Assembly: GCA_943354605.1 (NCBI GenBank)
Contig: CALRCK010000002.1
Coordinates: 71,186-135,185 of the forward strand
DNA: 64,000 nucleotides
DNA from: Candidatus Uhrbacteria bacterium
Lineage (GTDB): Bacteria; Patescibacteriota; Patescibacteriia; UBA9934
Direction of reading: 5' to 3'
Positions 1-10,555 of this stretch are shown piece after piece; the first letter of the stretch is position 1, and the number at the start of each line of letters is the position of its first letter. The translations under genes were made by a program, and so were the position numbers. The notes beneath the pieces are model-generated. The model was given only the letters and a program-made list of their open reading frames with translations. It had not been told where the DNA came from and ran no database searches.

Positions 1-3000
1 TTGCCGTACCTTCCTTGTTCATGTTGTACAAGTGGAAGTCTGCACCAGTGCTGTAGAGCTTGGTTCCGTCCGTGATGTCCGTGTCACACTGGTTCCAGTC
101 GGAACCTGCGTTGTCCGAAGCACTGAACGAGAAGACGATGTTCTTGAGAACGACATCTTCGCCGGATGCTGCGGTCACGTTGAAACGAAGTGCTTCCTGG
201 TTGCCTGGGGTCTTTGCGCCCGATGGGCTGGAAGAGCTCAAGGCAATGGTTGGCTTGGTTTCGCGGATCACGAACTTGTTCATTGCCAATCCAGCGGTAT
301 CGCCAGCAGAAATGCCAGAGATGTCGTTGGTTGCTGACAATGTCTGACCAGAGCTTGAGCCAACTGCACGGGCTTCGCTGGTGCCGTCGTCAAGCACCAT
401 ACGAACGCGCTCGTTTGACGTTGCAGAACCGCTTGAGCGATCCGTGCTTGGGACGTCGATCTTGATGGTCACTTCAGCGTGGCTATCCTTAGCCACGTAG
501 AAGGTAAGGCCGTTCAAGGTGAGACCATTGTTCGTGAGTGCACCGGTAGCAGTCTTCGTTGCGCCAGTGGAATCTGGGTACGAAACTGTCACGAGCGACA
601 CGTTGTTCGAGTACGCTGTGGAGTTTGTGGTTCCAGTATCCGTTGCAGCCTGCTGCTCTTCAACCGTGAGGCGATCAACAACGAATGCTTCGCTTGTTGC
701 GTCGAAACGGAACTTCGACACCGTGTTGCTGGAAGAACCCGTCAACAAGAAGTCTGCAGAAGGAGTGTCAGATGCTGCGGTGACTGCGAGAGAACCAACG
801 TTCGTGACGACAACGTATGTTGTTGGGTCCGTTGTTGGAGCAGCCTCGTCGAAGTTGATGTTCGAGCCGGTCACGGTCGCGGAATCACCTTCAGAGTCCA
901 ACGAGGCAATATCCGACGTTGCATTAATCTGCAAGCCGAACGCGTCGTTGGTTCCTGGGTTCACGTTTGCCAAGTTGCAGTACACGCTCAATGTTTCAGT
1001 CGTTCCGGCTGAAATGTCGAACGAGAAGTCTGCGAAGTTGATTAATCCTGTCGATGCGGACGAAACCGACTCTGGTCCAGAGACCAATGTGGATCCGTTA
1101 TACAACGAACATGATGTAATGCGGTCAAGCGAAGAGGTTCCTGTTGAAGCAGGCTCCTGTCCAGCCAACCAGGTAACCGTGTCGTCTTCACTCACAACCA
1201 TTGTTGGGCTGAAGTCCGTCACTTCAATTGCGCCGCCGTTTGCTGCTGCAAAGTTGAAGGATGCGAACAACACATCAGACGATCCGCGAACGTAGGTGTG
1301 AGCGCCGGTTGGGGTTGATGCCAACGAAACGGTCAAGCCAGAAGTTACAACGGTCATCGCGTTACCCGACAGGTTAGCTGTTGGGATGATGCTGGTGATG
1401 GAATCGCCAGAAGAATCCTCAGCGGCCAAACCGGACGTAAGGTCCATCGCGAGAGTAAAGGTATCACTTGCATCTGCAGTCGATTCCATGTCTGCGGTTA
1501 CCTTGAAGTTCAAGGTTTCACCAGCATCCATATCGAAGTCATCCGTGAAGGAAAGGACTTCCGTCAGAATGCATGAAGTACTTGCTGATGCGAGATCCAA
1601 AGGCCCCATCAACAACGCCCCGGTGTCTGCATTCACGATACGGAGGTCGGAAATTGGATCATTTCCAAGACAGCTATCGTTACCACCAGACGTTTCAACT
1701 TCCGTCAAATTCATTGGCATTGCCGTGATAGTCAATGCGCGCTCTGCAACCAACGATCCCTCAAAGAGAGAGAAGTTTTCCGCCGTGCTGCTGACGTCCG
1801 ACGCTGCTGGACCGCTGAAGGAAGCCGTCAAGTCACCGCCCTGAATGGTGACAAGCGATTCATCGCCGCTTTCGCCATCAAAACCGGTGCGTGTCACGGT
1901 GACTCCGAATCCGAAGTCGTTTCCAACTGCGTACAAGTCAGCACTGTTGTCCAAGTACACCTCGAGGGTGTCTGCAGACTGTCCGCCGATATCCGCCGTC
2001 ACCGTGAAGGTGCGATCAGATCCTTTATCGATGGAGAATGCATTCGAACCAAGGTCGAACTCGACAAGCTTGCTGCCGATGCTCGTTCCTTCTGCCAACC
2101 AGGTATCACCCTGGTACAGCTGGAAGTCGCCATGGTCAGCTTCGTCGTCAATCTTGAGTGTGATGTGCTCAAGAGTGATGTCTTCGGTGGAGTTTGCCGT
2201 GAGCTTGAACTTGCTGATGGTTGCATCCTGTTCGCCGATCACTGGGTTCGTGAGAGAACCTGTGTCAACGATCGTGACGCCACCAACGGAAGAGTTCACG
2301 ATGGTCATGGTGTTTCCAGAGATTGGGAACGATCCAGAAACATCGCCGCTTGCTTCAACGTCCGAAGAGCCTTCAAGGCCAATCGAGAATGTTGTAGCGG
2401 TGTTGTTGTTGCCCATATCGACCACGACAGAGATGTAGCGAGTTTCGCCAGCAGCAAAGTCGAGACCAAGAGAACCGAAGGTTGCCTGACGTGTGGAAGA
2501 GTTCAAGCTCTTTCCATCCGTCAAACGTGTGCTGCCCTCATAAAGGTACACGCCACCCGATGCGAAATCAGATGTTGAAGCGAGGCCCATCAACGAAACG
2601 TTCATCACGTCGATTGATGCTGCGTCGCCTGCGGTAATCTTAAAGGTTGCAACGTTCACACTCGATGCTGCATCTGGAATAGATGCCGATGCTGCAGTGG
2701 ATGATGCAAGCGAAATGCTTACGCCACCAGATACTGAGCTGTCGTCTGATTCTGTCTGCGCAGCATCCATAACAGATGTGACTGCAGAGGTGATATCGTC
2801 GCCAGCAGAAAGATCGCTGTCATCGATACCAGAACCGGAAAGGAAGAATCCAGCCTGGAGGCCGTTTGCTGAACGACCAGCGGAGCTGACCATTCGCTTT
2901 TCGCCACCCCAAGAGATGTAGTAGCTTCCGCCATCCATGTACAACATTCCGTCATATGCGGAAGCAGTCATGAGGGAAGAACCCACGGTGTAGTCTGTGA

Positions 3001-3454
3001 AGAAGACATCTGGAACGTCCTGGATGTGTCCTGCCCATGAAGAGCCGGCGTAATCCATTGCAACGTCCTCAGATTCAATCCAGTGGATGCTTCCATCCGT
3101 GGACACTGCGTATACCTTGTCGTCCGACTGAACCTTGATCCAGTACGAACCTGGGCGGTACACGACATTGCCTGCGAGAGAAAGATCCGCAAGCGCACTG
3201 TCAGAGATTGTGGTGACGTCGTCGAAGTTCTCGTACCACGTCATGTAAGTCTTTTCATTTGGGAACGTGTAGCGCATCCCGTCGTAACCGTAGTAGTAGA
3301 CCGTCGAGAGCGAGGTGCCCTTGATGAGGTCTCCAGCAGATGCTGCTGCTGCAACCGAAGGCTGCAAGAGGCCAGCACCGACAGAGAAGAGCATGGTTGC
3401 TGCAGCAACGGCTACAGACAACGCACGTTTCCCAGTTTGAAGAACGTTTGTCAT
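1..3454 (-). CDS. Large secreted surface/S-layer-like protein (3' end runs off the window, >1150 aa)
   Basis: Absent from the ORF track because no stop lies in the window. Manual translation from ATG 3454 gives MTNVLQTGKRALSVAVAAATMLFSVGAGLLQPSVAAAASAGDLIKGTSLSTVYYYGYDGMRYTFPNEKTYMTWY: a signal peptide, a GDLIK..VYY..DG.RY.FPNE motif typical of Parcubacteria surface proteins, then S/T/D-rich beta sequence. Confidence 0.8.
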   Translation of the reverse strand, partial: MTNVLQTGKRALSVAVAAATMLFSVGAGLLQPSVAAAASAGDLIKGTSLSTVYYYGYDGMRYTFPNEKTYMTWYENFDDVTTISDSALADLSLAGNVVYRPGSYWIKVQSDDKVYAVSTDGSIHWIESEDVAMDYAGSSWAGHIQDVPDVFFTDYTVGSSLMTASAYDGMLYMDGGSYYISWGGEKRMVSSAGRSANGLQAGFFLSGSGIDDSDLSAGDDITSAVTSVMDAAQTESDDSSVSGGVSISLASSTAASASIPDAASSVNVATFKITAGDAASIDVMNVSLMGLASTSDFASGGVYLYEGSTRLTDGKSLNSSTRQATFGSLGLDFAAGETRYISVVVDMGNNNTATTFSIGLEGSSDVEASGDVSGSFPISGNTMTIVNSSVGGVTIVDTGSLTNPVIGEQDATISKFKLTANSTEDITLEHITLKIDDEADHGDFQLYQGDTWLAEGTSIGSKLVEFDLGSNAFSIDKGSDRTFTVTADIGGQSADTLEVYLDNSADLYAVGNDFGFGVTVTRTGFDGESGDESLVTIQGGDLTASFSGPAASDVSSTAENFSLFEGSLVAERALTITAMPMNLTEVETSGGNDSCLGNDPISDLRIVNADTGALLMGPLDLASASTSCILTEVLSFTDDFDMDAGETLNFKVTADMESTADASDTFTLAMDLTSGLAAEDSSGDSITSIIPTANLSGNAMTVVTSGLTVSLASTPTGAHTYVRGSSDVLFASFNFAAANGGAIEVTDFSPTMVVSEDDTVTWLAGQEPASTGTSSLDRITSCSLYNGSTLVSGPESVSSASTGLINFADFSFDISAGTTETLSVYCNLANVNPGTNDAFGLQINATSDIASLDSEGDSATVTGSNINFDEAAPTTDPTTYVVVTNVGSLAVTAASDTPSADFLLTGSSSNTVSKFRFDATSEAFVVDRLTVEEQQAATDTGTTNSTAYSNNVSLVTVSYPDSTGATKTATGALTNNGLTLNGLTFYVAKDSHAEVTIKIDVPSTDRSSGSATSNERVRMVLDDGTSEARAVGSSSGQTLSATNDISGISAGDTAGLAMNKFVIRETKPTIALSSSSPSGAKTPGNQEALRFNVTAASGEDVVLKNIVFSFSASDNAGSDWNQCDTDITDGTKLYSTGADFHLYNMNKEGTA

Positions 3455-3647
3455 AAGTTCTGAAGTCTTTTTTTCCCAAAATAGGGAAGAAGATACCGAC
3501 ATGCATGACCGTGCGGTCTCGACCTTTAAGAGAGCGGACTCCCTTACAATGCATATCGGGGTGCGGGAATTGTGTCTTCACAATCCCTTGCGCAACGACC
3601 TCAGTGAGAGATCGTCGCTGAAGGAAATGCGACGCGAACAATGGACT

Positions 3648-4772
3648 TTATTGTGTAAGAGGATCAGCAGCTGGAGCCGCGGATTGTGGGTCAGCAATCG
3701 ACGATGGCATCGAGGCTTGCATCAGCGCAGTCGTAATAGCGGTTTCTGCATCGGCGAGCGTTGCCTCAATACCTCGGAGTACCGTGTCTGCGTGCTTCAG
3801 CGTGTCGAATGCGGATCGATATCCACCCATCGCGAAGGTGTCCATTGCCGGTGCAACATCGGCAACAGCGATATTAATACTTCGCTCAAGACGATACAGA
3901 TCCGTGTCGGTCATAATTCCCGACGCGCCGAGAACATCCGTATGAGCCTCCAGCGATGCTCGGATCACGGCGATGCGGTGCATATCGAACGTTTTGCGCG
4001 TACCAATAGCAGCAAACTGACGGAGGAACATATCATTCAACTCACGCGTAGACTGTTCAGAATTCTCGTCATTATGTGCTTCCACTGCAACCGTGACGCT
4101 ATCGTCTTGAGCAACCTGGGTTGTCGTTTGTGCAGACGTGACCGCTGCCGATTCTTCCGACGATGCTGCTGGGCCAACGGAATTCGTAATGGTGGAATCG
4201 AGCGCAACGAGATTCTGCTGCACCTCGCTTGCCGTTGCCACGGTTGTTGAATTTCCAGAAGCCTGCAACTCCCGAAGGTTTTGATTTGCAGACGCGACTT
4301 CCTGTGTATACGCATCGATGGTTTGTGCAACGAGATTCGTATCGCGACCCGATGTATCTGATTGTAACTTTGCAACTTCCTTCAACCGCGTCTCAGCGAA
4401 TTCGGTATGCAGCACCGCCTTGCGATCGAGCGACGCGAGCTGAAGTTGTGCACGCTCATTAATAAGCTTCACTGTGTACAGCACATCGCCAGGCAAACTC
4501 TGCTGCGCGGCGTTCACTGTGGTCATCAATCCGCTCACTGCAAGAACGAATCCTGCGACACCAACGGCAACTGGACGCGAAATAAATGATTGTGAAAGCC
4601 AGAGAACGTATCGTGTTTTCAAATTCACCGCTGGATCGGTGGAAGGCACAGAAATATCTGCGCCAATTGCCAGCATCAATGATCGCTTTGCCGCAATCTG
4701 TGCATCAACAGAAAAACCTCCGGCGGATGGTCGGCTTTTTGCGGCGCGGAGTTGTGCGGCAATCTTATTCAT
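3648..4772 (-). CDS. DUF5667-type membrane-anchored protein, probable anti-sigma factor
   Basis: One TM helix followed by SLPGDVLYTVKLINE motif; overlaps stop of the upstream ECF sigma gene. Confidence 0.7.
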   Translation of the reverse strand: MNKIAAQLRAAKSRPSAGGFSVDAQIAAKRSLMLAIGADISVPSTDPAVNLKTRYVLWLSQSFISRPVAVGVAGFVLAVSGLMTTVNAAQQSLPGDVLYTVKLINERAQLQLASLDRKAVLHTEFAETRLKEVAKLQSDTSGRDTNLVAQTIDAYTQEVASANQNLRELQASGNSTTVATASEVQQNLVALDSTITNSVGPAASSEESAAVTSAQTTTQVAQDDSVTVAVEAHNDENSEQSTRELNDMFLRQFAAIGTRKTFDMHRIAVIRASLEAHTDVLGASGIMTDTDLYRLERSINIAVADVAPAMDTFAMGGYRSAFDTLKHADTVLRGIEATLADAETAITTALMQASMPSSIADPQSAAPAADPLTQ

Positions 4773-5308
4773 AGCGTATCTTTTCCGATCTTTTCTTGAA
4801 GCGCCTTCTTTGCTCGGTGCAAGAGCACCCGAACGCTGTTGGACGTCTTCTCTAAAGCAGACGCGATTTCCCCTACTTCCATTTCACTCAGGTAACGCAT
4901 GACCAGGACTTCGCGATATTCATCCTTTATTCCCCGAAGTGATGCAATGAGATCATCACTTTCGATCTTCGTCGCGATTTCTTCTGAAACCGAGACGCCA
5001 CTGTCTTTTTCCGATGCCGAGTCCAACGCCTCGGTCACCTTGTACTTCCGATAGAAGTCGGCGACCAAGTTTCGAGCAATGCGGAAGAAGAATGCGTTGA
5101 GGTTGTTTACCGCGCCACTCGTCATGTATTCCCAGCCGCGGAGAAAGACTTCTCCCGTCAGCTCATCTGCATCCTCGTTTCGCGGAAGCTTGAACGCCAG
5201 AAAGCGTCGGATGCGGTCCGCAAACATGTCGTAGATTTCGCCGTACGCCGCGCTGTCCTGATGGCGGTACACGCGGAAGGCAAGGAATTTTTCCCGAAGT
5301 GTTGACAT
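4769..5308 (-). CDS. ECF RNA polymerase sigma factor
   Basis: Region 2 (DADELTGEVFLRGWE...FFRIARNLVADFYR) and region 4 HTH (EIASALEKTSNSVRVLLHRA). Confidence 0.92.
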   Translation of the reverse strand: MSTLREKFLAFRVYRHQDSAAYGEIYDMFADRIRRFLAFKLPRNEDADELTGEVFLRGWEYMTSGAVNNLNAFFFRIARNLVADFYRKYKVTEALDSASEKDSGVSVSEEIATKIESDDLIASLRGIKDEYREVLVMRYLSEMEVGEIASALEKTSNSVRVLLHRAKKALQEKIGKDTL

Positions 5309-5398
5309 GTATTAAGACGCAAGAGGCGACAAAGTATTACAGTGCCAAAATTAGCACGAACCTTAGCAGGATTTTGCAGAATTGTATATAATTGAACC

Positions 5399-5473
5399 TG
5401 TAGAGACGGCCCGCTGAGCCGTCTCGGATCACGTCCGACGACATCGGAGACGACCCAGCGGGCCGTCTCTACA
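5399..5473. repeat. GTAG-type REP-like inverted doublet
   Basis: tgtagagacggcccgctgagccgtctc ... gagacgacccagcgggccgtctctaca; related single unit near 12107-12132. Confidence 0.6.
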
Positions 5474-5528
5474 ATAAATTTGGCTAACATTCGCGATAGA
5501 CGTAATTCGACCCCAATCATTACACTCT

Positions 5529-5777
5529 ATGGAAGATGCTTCCATTCGCCTCTCTGTTTCCGAAGCTGCAAAATTCTTTGGCGTGAGTCCACGAACCATT
5601 CGAAGGGCGATTACGGATAAAGCCGTGGAATATATCGTGGTCCAAAACCGCTACAAGATCGACCTCGCCTCACTGCTCGACTGGGCAGACAAGACAACAA
5701 CCGTTCGCCACAAGCTGGCAAAAGACGGCATTGGTCAGTTCGTGAACAAGTGGAAGATTCCCACTGAACGCACTTAG
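5529..5777 (+). CDS. Small HTH DNA-binding protein (excisionase/HTH_17-like)
   Basis: LSVSEAAKFFGVSPRTIRRAI motif. Confidence 0.8.
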   Translation: MEDASIRLSVSEAAKFFGVSPRTIRRAITDKAVEYIVVQNRYKIDLASLLDWADKTTTVRHKLAKDGIGQFVNKWKIPTERT

Positions 5778-5780
5778 ACT

Positions 5781-6992
5781 ATGGAGCCGCTCGACGCCCC
5801 ATTATTTAAGACGTTCCAAACCCTTCCAGCATTTCCATTTGCAAACCTCGTTCGCCAAAACCGTGCAGCTGCCCGTGTCGCTCGAGATACGTTCATCGCC
5901 GATCGCACAACACCAACGTTCATCTATCATCGTCTCGATCGTTTTGATGATGTCGAATACCTCGTGGCGCTTCGCTCGGTTCACGATCGTATCGCATCGA
6001 TTCCCGTCGCCGAGGACATTCGAACGCTCTACCTCGAAAAGCTCGCCGAGCTCACTACGCGTGCTCAGATTATTGCCGCAATAAAACGAAAGGACGACGC
6101 CGCAGTTTCTGCTCTCGCCGATCATCTTTTCGGACCGTGCGTACAAACACGCGCCGAACTTGCCGATGAATTCACCACACTCCTCGCACGGTCGCATGAA
6201 TTGCACACTCATCACAATCGCGTTGATGCCGCCGCATTCGAACGCATGGTTCGCGCAACGCTCGATCATTACGGCATGACCAACTGGACCACGCGATTCA
6301 TCAACCGCCCGAGCGTCTCGGTTTCACGCGGTGATTCGCTGAACCGAGCACCAACCGTCAAAATTCCAAAACACTTTCTGGCCTCTCGCGCTCGCGCTGC
6401 GCGACTACTCACCCACGAAATTGAGGTTCACGCATTGCGAACCACAAACGGTGCGACCTCGCCGATCTTGCTCCTCGGACGAGGACTCGCCGGATATATC
6501 GCTACCGATGAAGGGCTTGCCGTTGCAATGCAACAAAAACTCAAAGCCGAAGAATCGATGGATCCTGGTTTCTGGGATGCATGGGTTGCAGCGCTATCAA
6601 AAGAAGCAGACTTTCAATCGTGCTTCGAAACAATCCGCGATGCTCGACGAAAACTCAACATTGCACTCAACATCGAAAACGCCGACGAAGAAGCGTTCGA
6701 CACTGCGTGGCGTCTCATGCTTCGCGTATCCCGCGGTATTCATCATCCAAATACCGCCGGCCTCGGCTTCCGCCGTGACCATCTCTATCGATCCGGTCTC
6801 ATTCAGGTACGGCAAGCCATCGATACGTTTGGCGAATCAGAAATTCTTCCAACGCTCTTCGCCGGGCACGCAAGCATTGCGCATATCCCGCTCCTTCGAG
6901 CAAAACACATCACCGGCCGAACTCCAGACTTCGTCAGCAAAGACATCGTTAAGACTGTCTTGCGTGCAGAAAAGCAAAGGCGCACACTCTGA
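5781..6992 (+). CDS. DUF1704 / MATCAP-like metallo-carboxypeptidase
   Basis: THEIEVH (HExxxH) plus downstream DEGLA. Confidence 0.75.
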   Translation: MEPLDAPLFKTFQTLPAFPFANLVRQNRAAARVARDTFIADRTTPTFIYHRLDRFDDVEYLVALRSVHDRIASIPVAEDIRTLYLEKLAELTTRAQIIAAIKRKDDAAVSALADHLFGPCVQTRAELADEFTTLLARSHELHTHHNRVDAAAFERMVRATLDHYGMTNWTTRFINRPSVSVSRGDSLNRAPTVKIPKHFLASRARAARLLTHEIEVHALRTTNGATSPILLLGRGLAGYIATDEGLAVAMQQKLKAEESMDPGFWDAWVAALSKEADFQSCFETIRDARRKLNIALNIENADEEAFDTAWRLMLRVSRGIHHPNTAGLGFRRDHLYRSGLIQVRQAIDTFGESEILPTLFAGHASIAHIPLLRAKHITGRTPDFVSKDIVKTVLRAEKQRRTL

Positions 6993-6997
6993 GCTAT

Positions 6998-7729
6998 ATG
7001 AACAACCCGATCGTAAAAATCGCAGCCGGAGCGATCGTCGTCATCGCTGTTGGATTGCTACTCTTCCTTTTCCTTCCGAAAGCAGCAACAGAAACCCCAA
7101 CAGCAACGCCAAAAACATCGCAGTCATCGTCAACATCAACGCCTATCACGCAAACGTCGTCGATCTACGAAACCAGTGAACTCGCCCTCACCGTTCCAAA
7201 AGACTGGACCGCGACAGAAGCAACGCAAGACGGAACTGCAAATCCCTCCGCAGTAAACATCACCAAGGGCGAATGGATTCTATTCATCAACGTAGATGCA
7301 AACCAGGCAAGTGGTGTGACGGGCGGACGGTTCGCAGAAATTGGTATAGGAGCACCAAGTGTGGATGCCGTTGTCCTCGAACAACCAAGCGAGTGCGGGA
7401 AGGCGAAATCAACTCCAACATTTGGAGCATTCTCGCGTGTTGATCTTTCCGTGAGCGCGGCAGATGCACAACAGTGGTGCTCAGTGCCGACCAATGGAAA
7501 AACCGTTTGGTTCTTCTCCTATCTCACAAAGACTGGTGTTGGCGGATATTTCAACGACTACGTTACCGATCAAAATCCCGCGCTTGTCGTGACGATGGCG
7601 TATCAAACGTCGGTCATCAGCGATTCGCACACCGTGAACGACCTTCCAGAAATGGGAAGCGCCGACCTCAGCGCCGCATTAAAAACGATGACAGACATCG
7701 CCTCAACACTCACCATCAAAAATCACTAA
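6998..7729 (+). CDS. Hypothetical membrane-anchored protein
   Basis: N-terminal TM helix, S/T-rich linker, globular C-terminal part. Confidence 0.7.
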   Translation: MNNPIVKIAAGAIVVIAVGLLLFLFLPKAATETPTATPKTSQSSSTSTPITQTSSIYETSELALTVPKDWTATEATQDGTANPSAVNITKGEWILFINVDANQASGVTGGRFAEIGIGAPSVDAVVLEQPSECGKAKSTPTFGAFSRVDLSVSAADAQQWCSVPTNGKTVWFFSYLTKTGVGGYFNDYVTDQNPALVVTMAYQTSVISDSHTVNDLPEMGSADLSAALKTMTDIASTLTIKNH

Positions 7730-7739
7730 ATTCATGCAA

Positions 7740-7773
7740 CACAAAACCGAGTCTCTTCAGACTCGGTTTTGTG
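7740..7773. terminator. Intrinsic, probably bidirectional terminator
   Basis: cacaaaaccgagtct-cttc-agactcggttttgtg hairpin between convergent genes. Confidence 0.7.
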
Positions 7774-7780
7774 TTACGAC

Positions 7781-7906
7781 CAGGAGTTTCACATTTGTGG
7801 CGAGTTTGGGTGCGCGACGAGGAAAGCTCGCGAGACGTACTTCATGTGTACGTTGAGCGAGTTTCCGATGGCGCAAGCCAAAAATCGGCCAAATAAGGAA
7901 GTCCTG
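7781..7906 (+). repeat. ~125-bp palindromic element, copy 1
   Basis: Core GAGACGTAC-ttcatgt-GTACGTTGAG inside a long imperfect hairpin. Confidence 0.85.
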
Positions 7907-7909
7907 CCG

Positions 7910-9070
7910 TTAACGGACCGCAAACACTCCCTGACGAACCATCGCGTGGCGGCGATAAAGCGCAGCAGTTTCCTGCGCAATATCGTCCCAGTGATATTCG
8001 TCTTCCACAAACGTTCGCGCGGCATGACCGATTGCCGCAGCCTGCATCGGATCCTTTGCGAGATCGATAATGCAATCCGCAAGTGTTTCGACATCGCCTT
8101 GAGGAAACGGCACGCCGTAGTCGCTAATCACTTCCATGGTTTCAGGAATGTCGGCAGCAATAACGGCCTTTCCGTGACTCATTTCTTCAAGCACCGCGAT
8201 GGGCAATCCTTCACTGGTGGAAGGATGCACCATAAATCGCGCACCAGAGAACAACGCCGTGAGCGTGTCGCCACGCTGGAAACCGGTGAAGACAATGGAA
8301 TCATCGTACGACGCCATTGCGTGGAGTTTCCGAACATACGCGTCGGTAAATGCACTGCCACCAACAATCGCGAGCTTCATGCCTTTCATCACGTCAGGCT
8401 GTTGCTTGCACGCCAACTGCCATGCAGCGATCAGCGTGTGTGCTCCCTTGTGCGGAACCAAGCGCGCGATCATCGCCACATAATGGAACGGCTCCAAACC
8501 AAATGGCGACAAGAGCAATGGCTCAACAGATGTGCGTACCGGCGTAATGCCGTTTGGAATATACGTTGCACGTCGACCGTATTCCTGTTCTCCGTACTTG
8601 GTGAGTGTTTTGCTCACCGTGATGGTTTCGTCTGCAAACGCGAATGCGGCACGTTCGCCAAGACGAAGCGCAAGACGCGAAAACATTCCCCATTTTTCGT
8701 GGGTACGATCGATAGAGTGGAACGTGGTAACCACCGTTGCTCGTGGAGCAAGCATTCGAGGAATCCACGCCAAAAGCGATGGGCCGACGCCATGAAAATG
8801 ATAGACATCTGGACGGACGAAAATCGCCGCATGAAGTACCGCAAACAACGACGCCGTAATGGTATCGAGGTGTTTGGTGCGGATGCTTGGCGTGCGAACC
8901 ACGCGAATCCCGTTCACGCGATCGGCCCCCTTCGGGACGTACCACGTACGGCCATACACCGTGACCGTATGGCCAAGGCGCATGAGGCGGGTTGCAAGCT
9001 CAACAACGTGGGTTTCCACGCCGCCAAACTGTGCCGGAATCCCTTTCTGTCCAATCATGGCAATTTTCAT
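7910..9070 (-). CDS. Glycosyltransferase family 4
   Basis: MKIAMIGQKGIPAQFGGVE start; EGLPIAVLEEMSHG motif. Confidence 0.9.
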   Translation of the reverse strand: MKIAMIGQKGIPAQFGGVETHVVELATRLMRLGHTVTVYGRTWYVPKGADRVNGIRVVRTPSIRTKHLDTITASLFAVLHAAIFVRPDVYHFHGVGPSLLAWIPRMLAPRATVVTTFHSIDRTHEKWGMFSRLALRLGERAAFAFADETITVSKTLTKYGEQEYGRRATYIPNGITPVRTSVEPLLLSPFGLEPFHYVAMIARLVPHKGAHTLIAAWQLACKQQPDVMKGMKLAIVGGSAFTDAYVRKLHAMASYDDSIVFTGFQRGDTLTALFSGARFMVHPSTSEGLPIAVLEEMSHGKAVIAADIPETMEVISDYGVPFPQGDVETLADCIIDLAKDPMQAAAIGHAARTFVEDEYHWDDIAQETAALYRRHAMVRQGVFAVR

Positions 9071-9199
9071 AAGACCGAGTATCGTATCAGTTTTTGGCCA
9101 TTTGGTCAACGAAAAACGGGAGGGAAAATAAAAAAGTTGAGATCAAAAAGTGGCTCAGATTAGCCACTTTTCGCCTTTCGCTTTCGACTTTAGGCTCAC

Positions 9200-10429
9200 T
9201 TATCCACACCGTGAGTATATCTCCATGATTTTCGCAAGATGCTCCTGTGGATTACCAATAGCCCTCGCCCGTTCATATGCCGCATGCCCCATTATCATCG
9301 CCCGATCAGGGTCGTCGAGCACCCGCTCTATCGCTCTCGCCAAGGCTCGAGGATCACTTGGCGGCACCACAATCCCCGCATTGGATTCCCCCACAATCTC
9401 CGGCAATCCCCCGCTTTTCGCCACGATAACCGGCGTGGCCTGACACATCGCTTCGAGCGCAACAAGACCGTATGGCTCATTCCAAATGGACGGGACCACA
9501 ACAACCGCCGCCTGAGCCATCATCTTCCAGAGTTCAGCACCCGGAACAAAGCCCAAAAATTCCACCCGATGATCCTTTCCAATGATCGATTTCAGCCGTT
9601 GTTCATCCGGACCAACCCCAACAATCTTGATGCGCGTCGTCGATGGCAGATACCGCAATGCTTCAAGAAGAACGTGAACACCTTTGTACGACTCAAGTCG
9701 TCCAGCAAAAAGCACAAACGGTTCCTTTGCTTTTGCCGGAGTCGAGACGTTCGGATGCATGAGCGGCTCTGCAAACGCATGAAGAACGGAAATCTTTTTT
9801 TCATCAGTGCCCGACTGCACCATCACATCTCTCACAAAATTCGAGTACGTTGTGTAGTGCAGAATTGCAGAATCGTACCATTTCAGCGCATGATGCATTT
9901 TTAAAATGATCTCAAGCGCGAGCGTCGCAAGAAATGATCCCTTGATGAACTGTGTTCTTGCGGTTGCAAGAACACCAATATCATCCACGTCCATCGATCG
10001 CATGTTCGACTCATCCCATAGTGAATAGTTCGCACTCATCAATGCGTAGTCGTGCACCGTCATGACCACAGGAATCTTTCTGCGCTTCGCAACCGCAAGC
10101 ACCGACGGTGAAAGATGGGTATAGATGTTGTGGACGTGAATGATGTCTGGGCGAAACACCTCAAGCATGCGATCGAATTTCTTTTCCGCTTCCCTGGACC
10201 ACAATGCTCTTGCGGCTTGCCGAAATGCACTCAATCCAATCACCGCGCGCTTCGTTTCAAGATTCGAAACGAAATATTCGCTCCACGGTGTTGGTTCGTT
10301 TCTCTCGTCGTGCATCGCAAATGGCGCAACTGCATTCCCCGCCTCTTCTTGCAAACGCATCAACCCTCGCTCATACCGACTTGCACCGTCGCGAGAATGA
10401 AAATATTTATGGACATGGACGATACGCAT
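9200..10429 (-). CDS. Glycosyltransferase family 4
   Basis: PDIIHVHN; FAGRLESYKG; EPYGLVALEAM. Confidence 0.9.
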   Translation of the reverse strand: MRIVHVHKYFHSRDGASRYERGLMRLQEEAGNAVAPFAMHDERNEPTPWSEYFVSNLETKRAVIGLSAFRQAARALWSREAEKKFDRMLEVFRPDIIHVHNIYTHLSPSVLAVAKRRKIPVVMTVHDYALMSANYSLWDESNMRSMDVDDIGVLATARTQFIKGSFLATLALEIILKMHHALKWYDSAILHYTTYSNFVRDVMVQSGTDEKKISVLHAFAEPLMHPNVSTPAKAKEPFVLFAGRLESYKGVHVLLEALRYLPSTTRIKIVGVGPDEQRLKSIIGKDHRVEFLGFVPGAELWKMMAQAAVVVVPSIWNEPYGLVALEAMCQATPVIVAKSGGLPEIVGESNAGIVVPPSDPRALARAIERVLDDPDRAMIMGHAAYERARAIGNPQEHLAKIMEIYSRCG

Positions 10430-10457
10430 AAAATTATTCTTCACGAAGACCTCGTCC

Positions 10458-10540
10458 GTCATTCTGAGCGAAGCGAAGAATCTCCGTCGGGATCAGATCC
10501 TGATAACCTGCGAGAGATTCTTCGCTTCGCTCAGAATGAC
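10458..10540. repeat. GTCATTCTGAGCGAAGCGAAGAATCT REP-like doublet, copy 1
   Basis: 26-bp perfect inverted arms; related copies at 22770-22849 and 32165-32261. Confidence 0.8.
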
Positions 10541-10555
10541 TGATGCTATGTCTCA

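Noticed and set aside
7769-9163. 464-aa + strand ORF and similar antisense ORFs over ftsZ, der, pyk and the surface-protein gene
   Set aside because: They lie antisense to well-supported genes.
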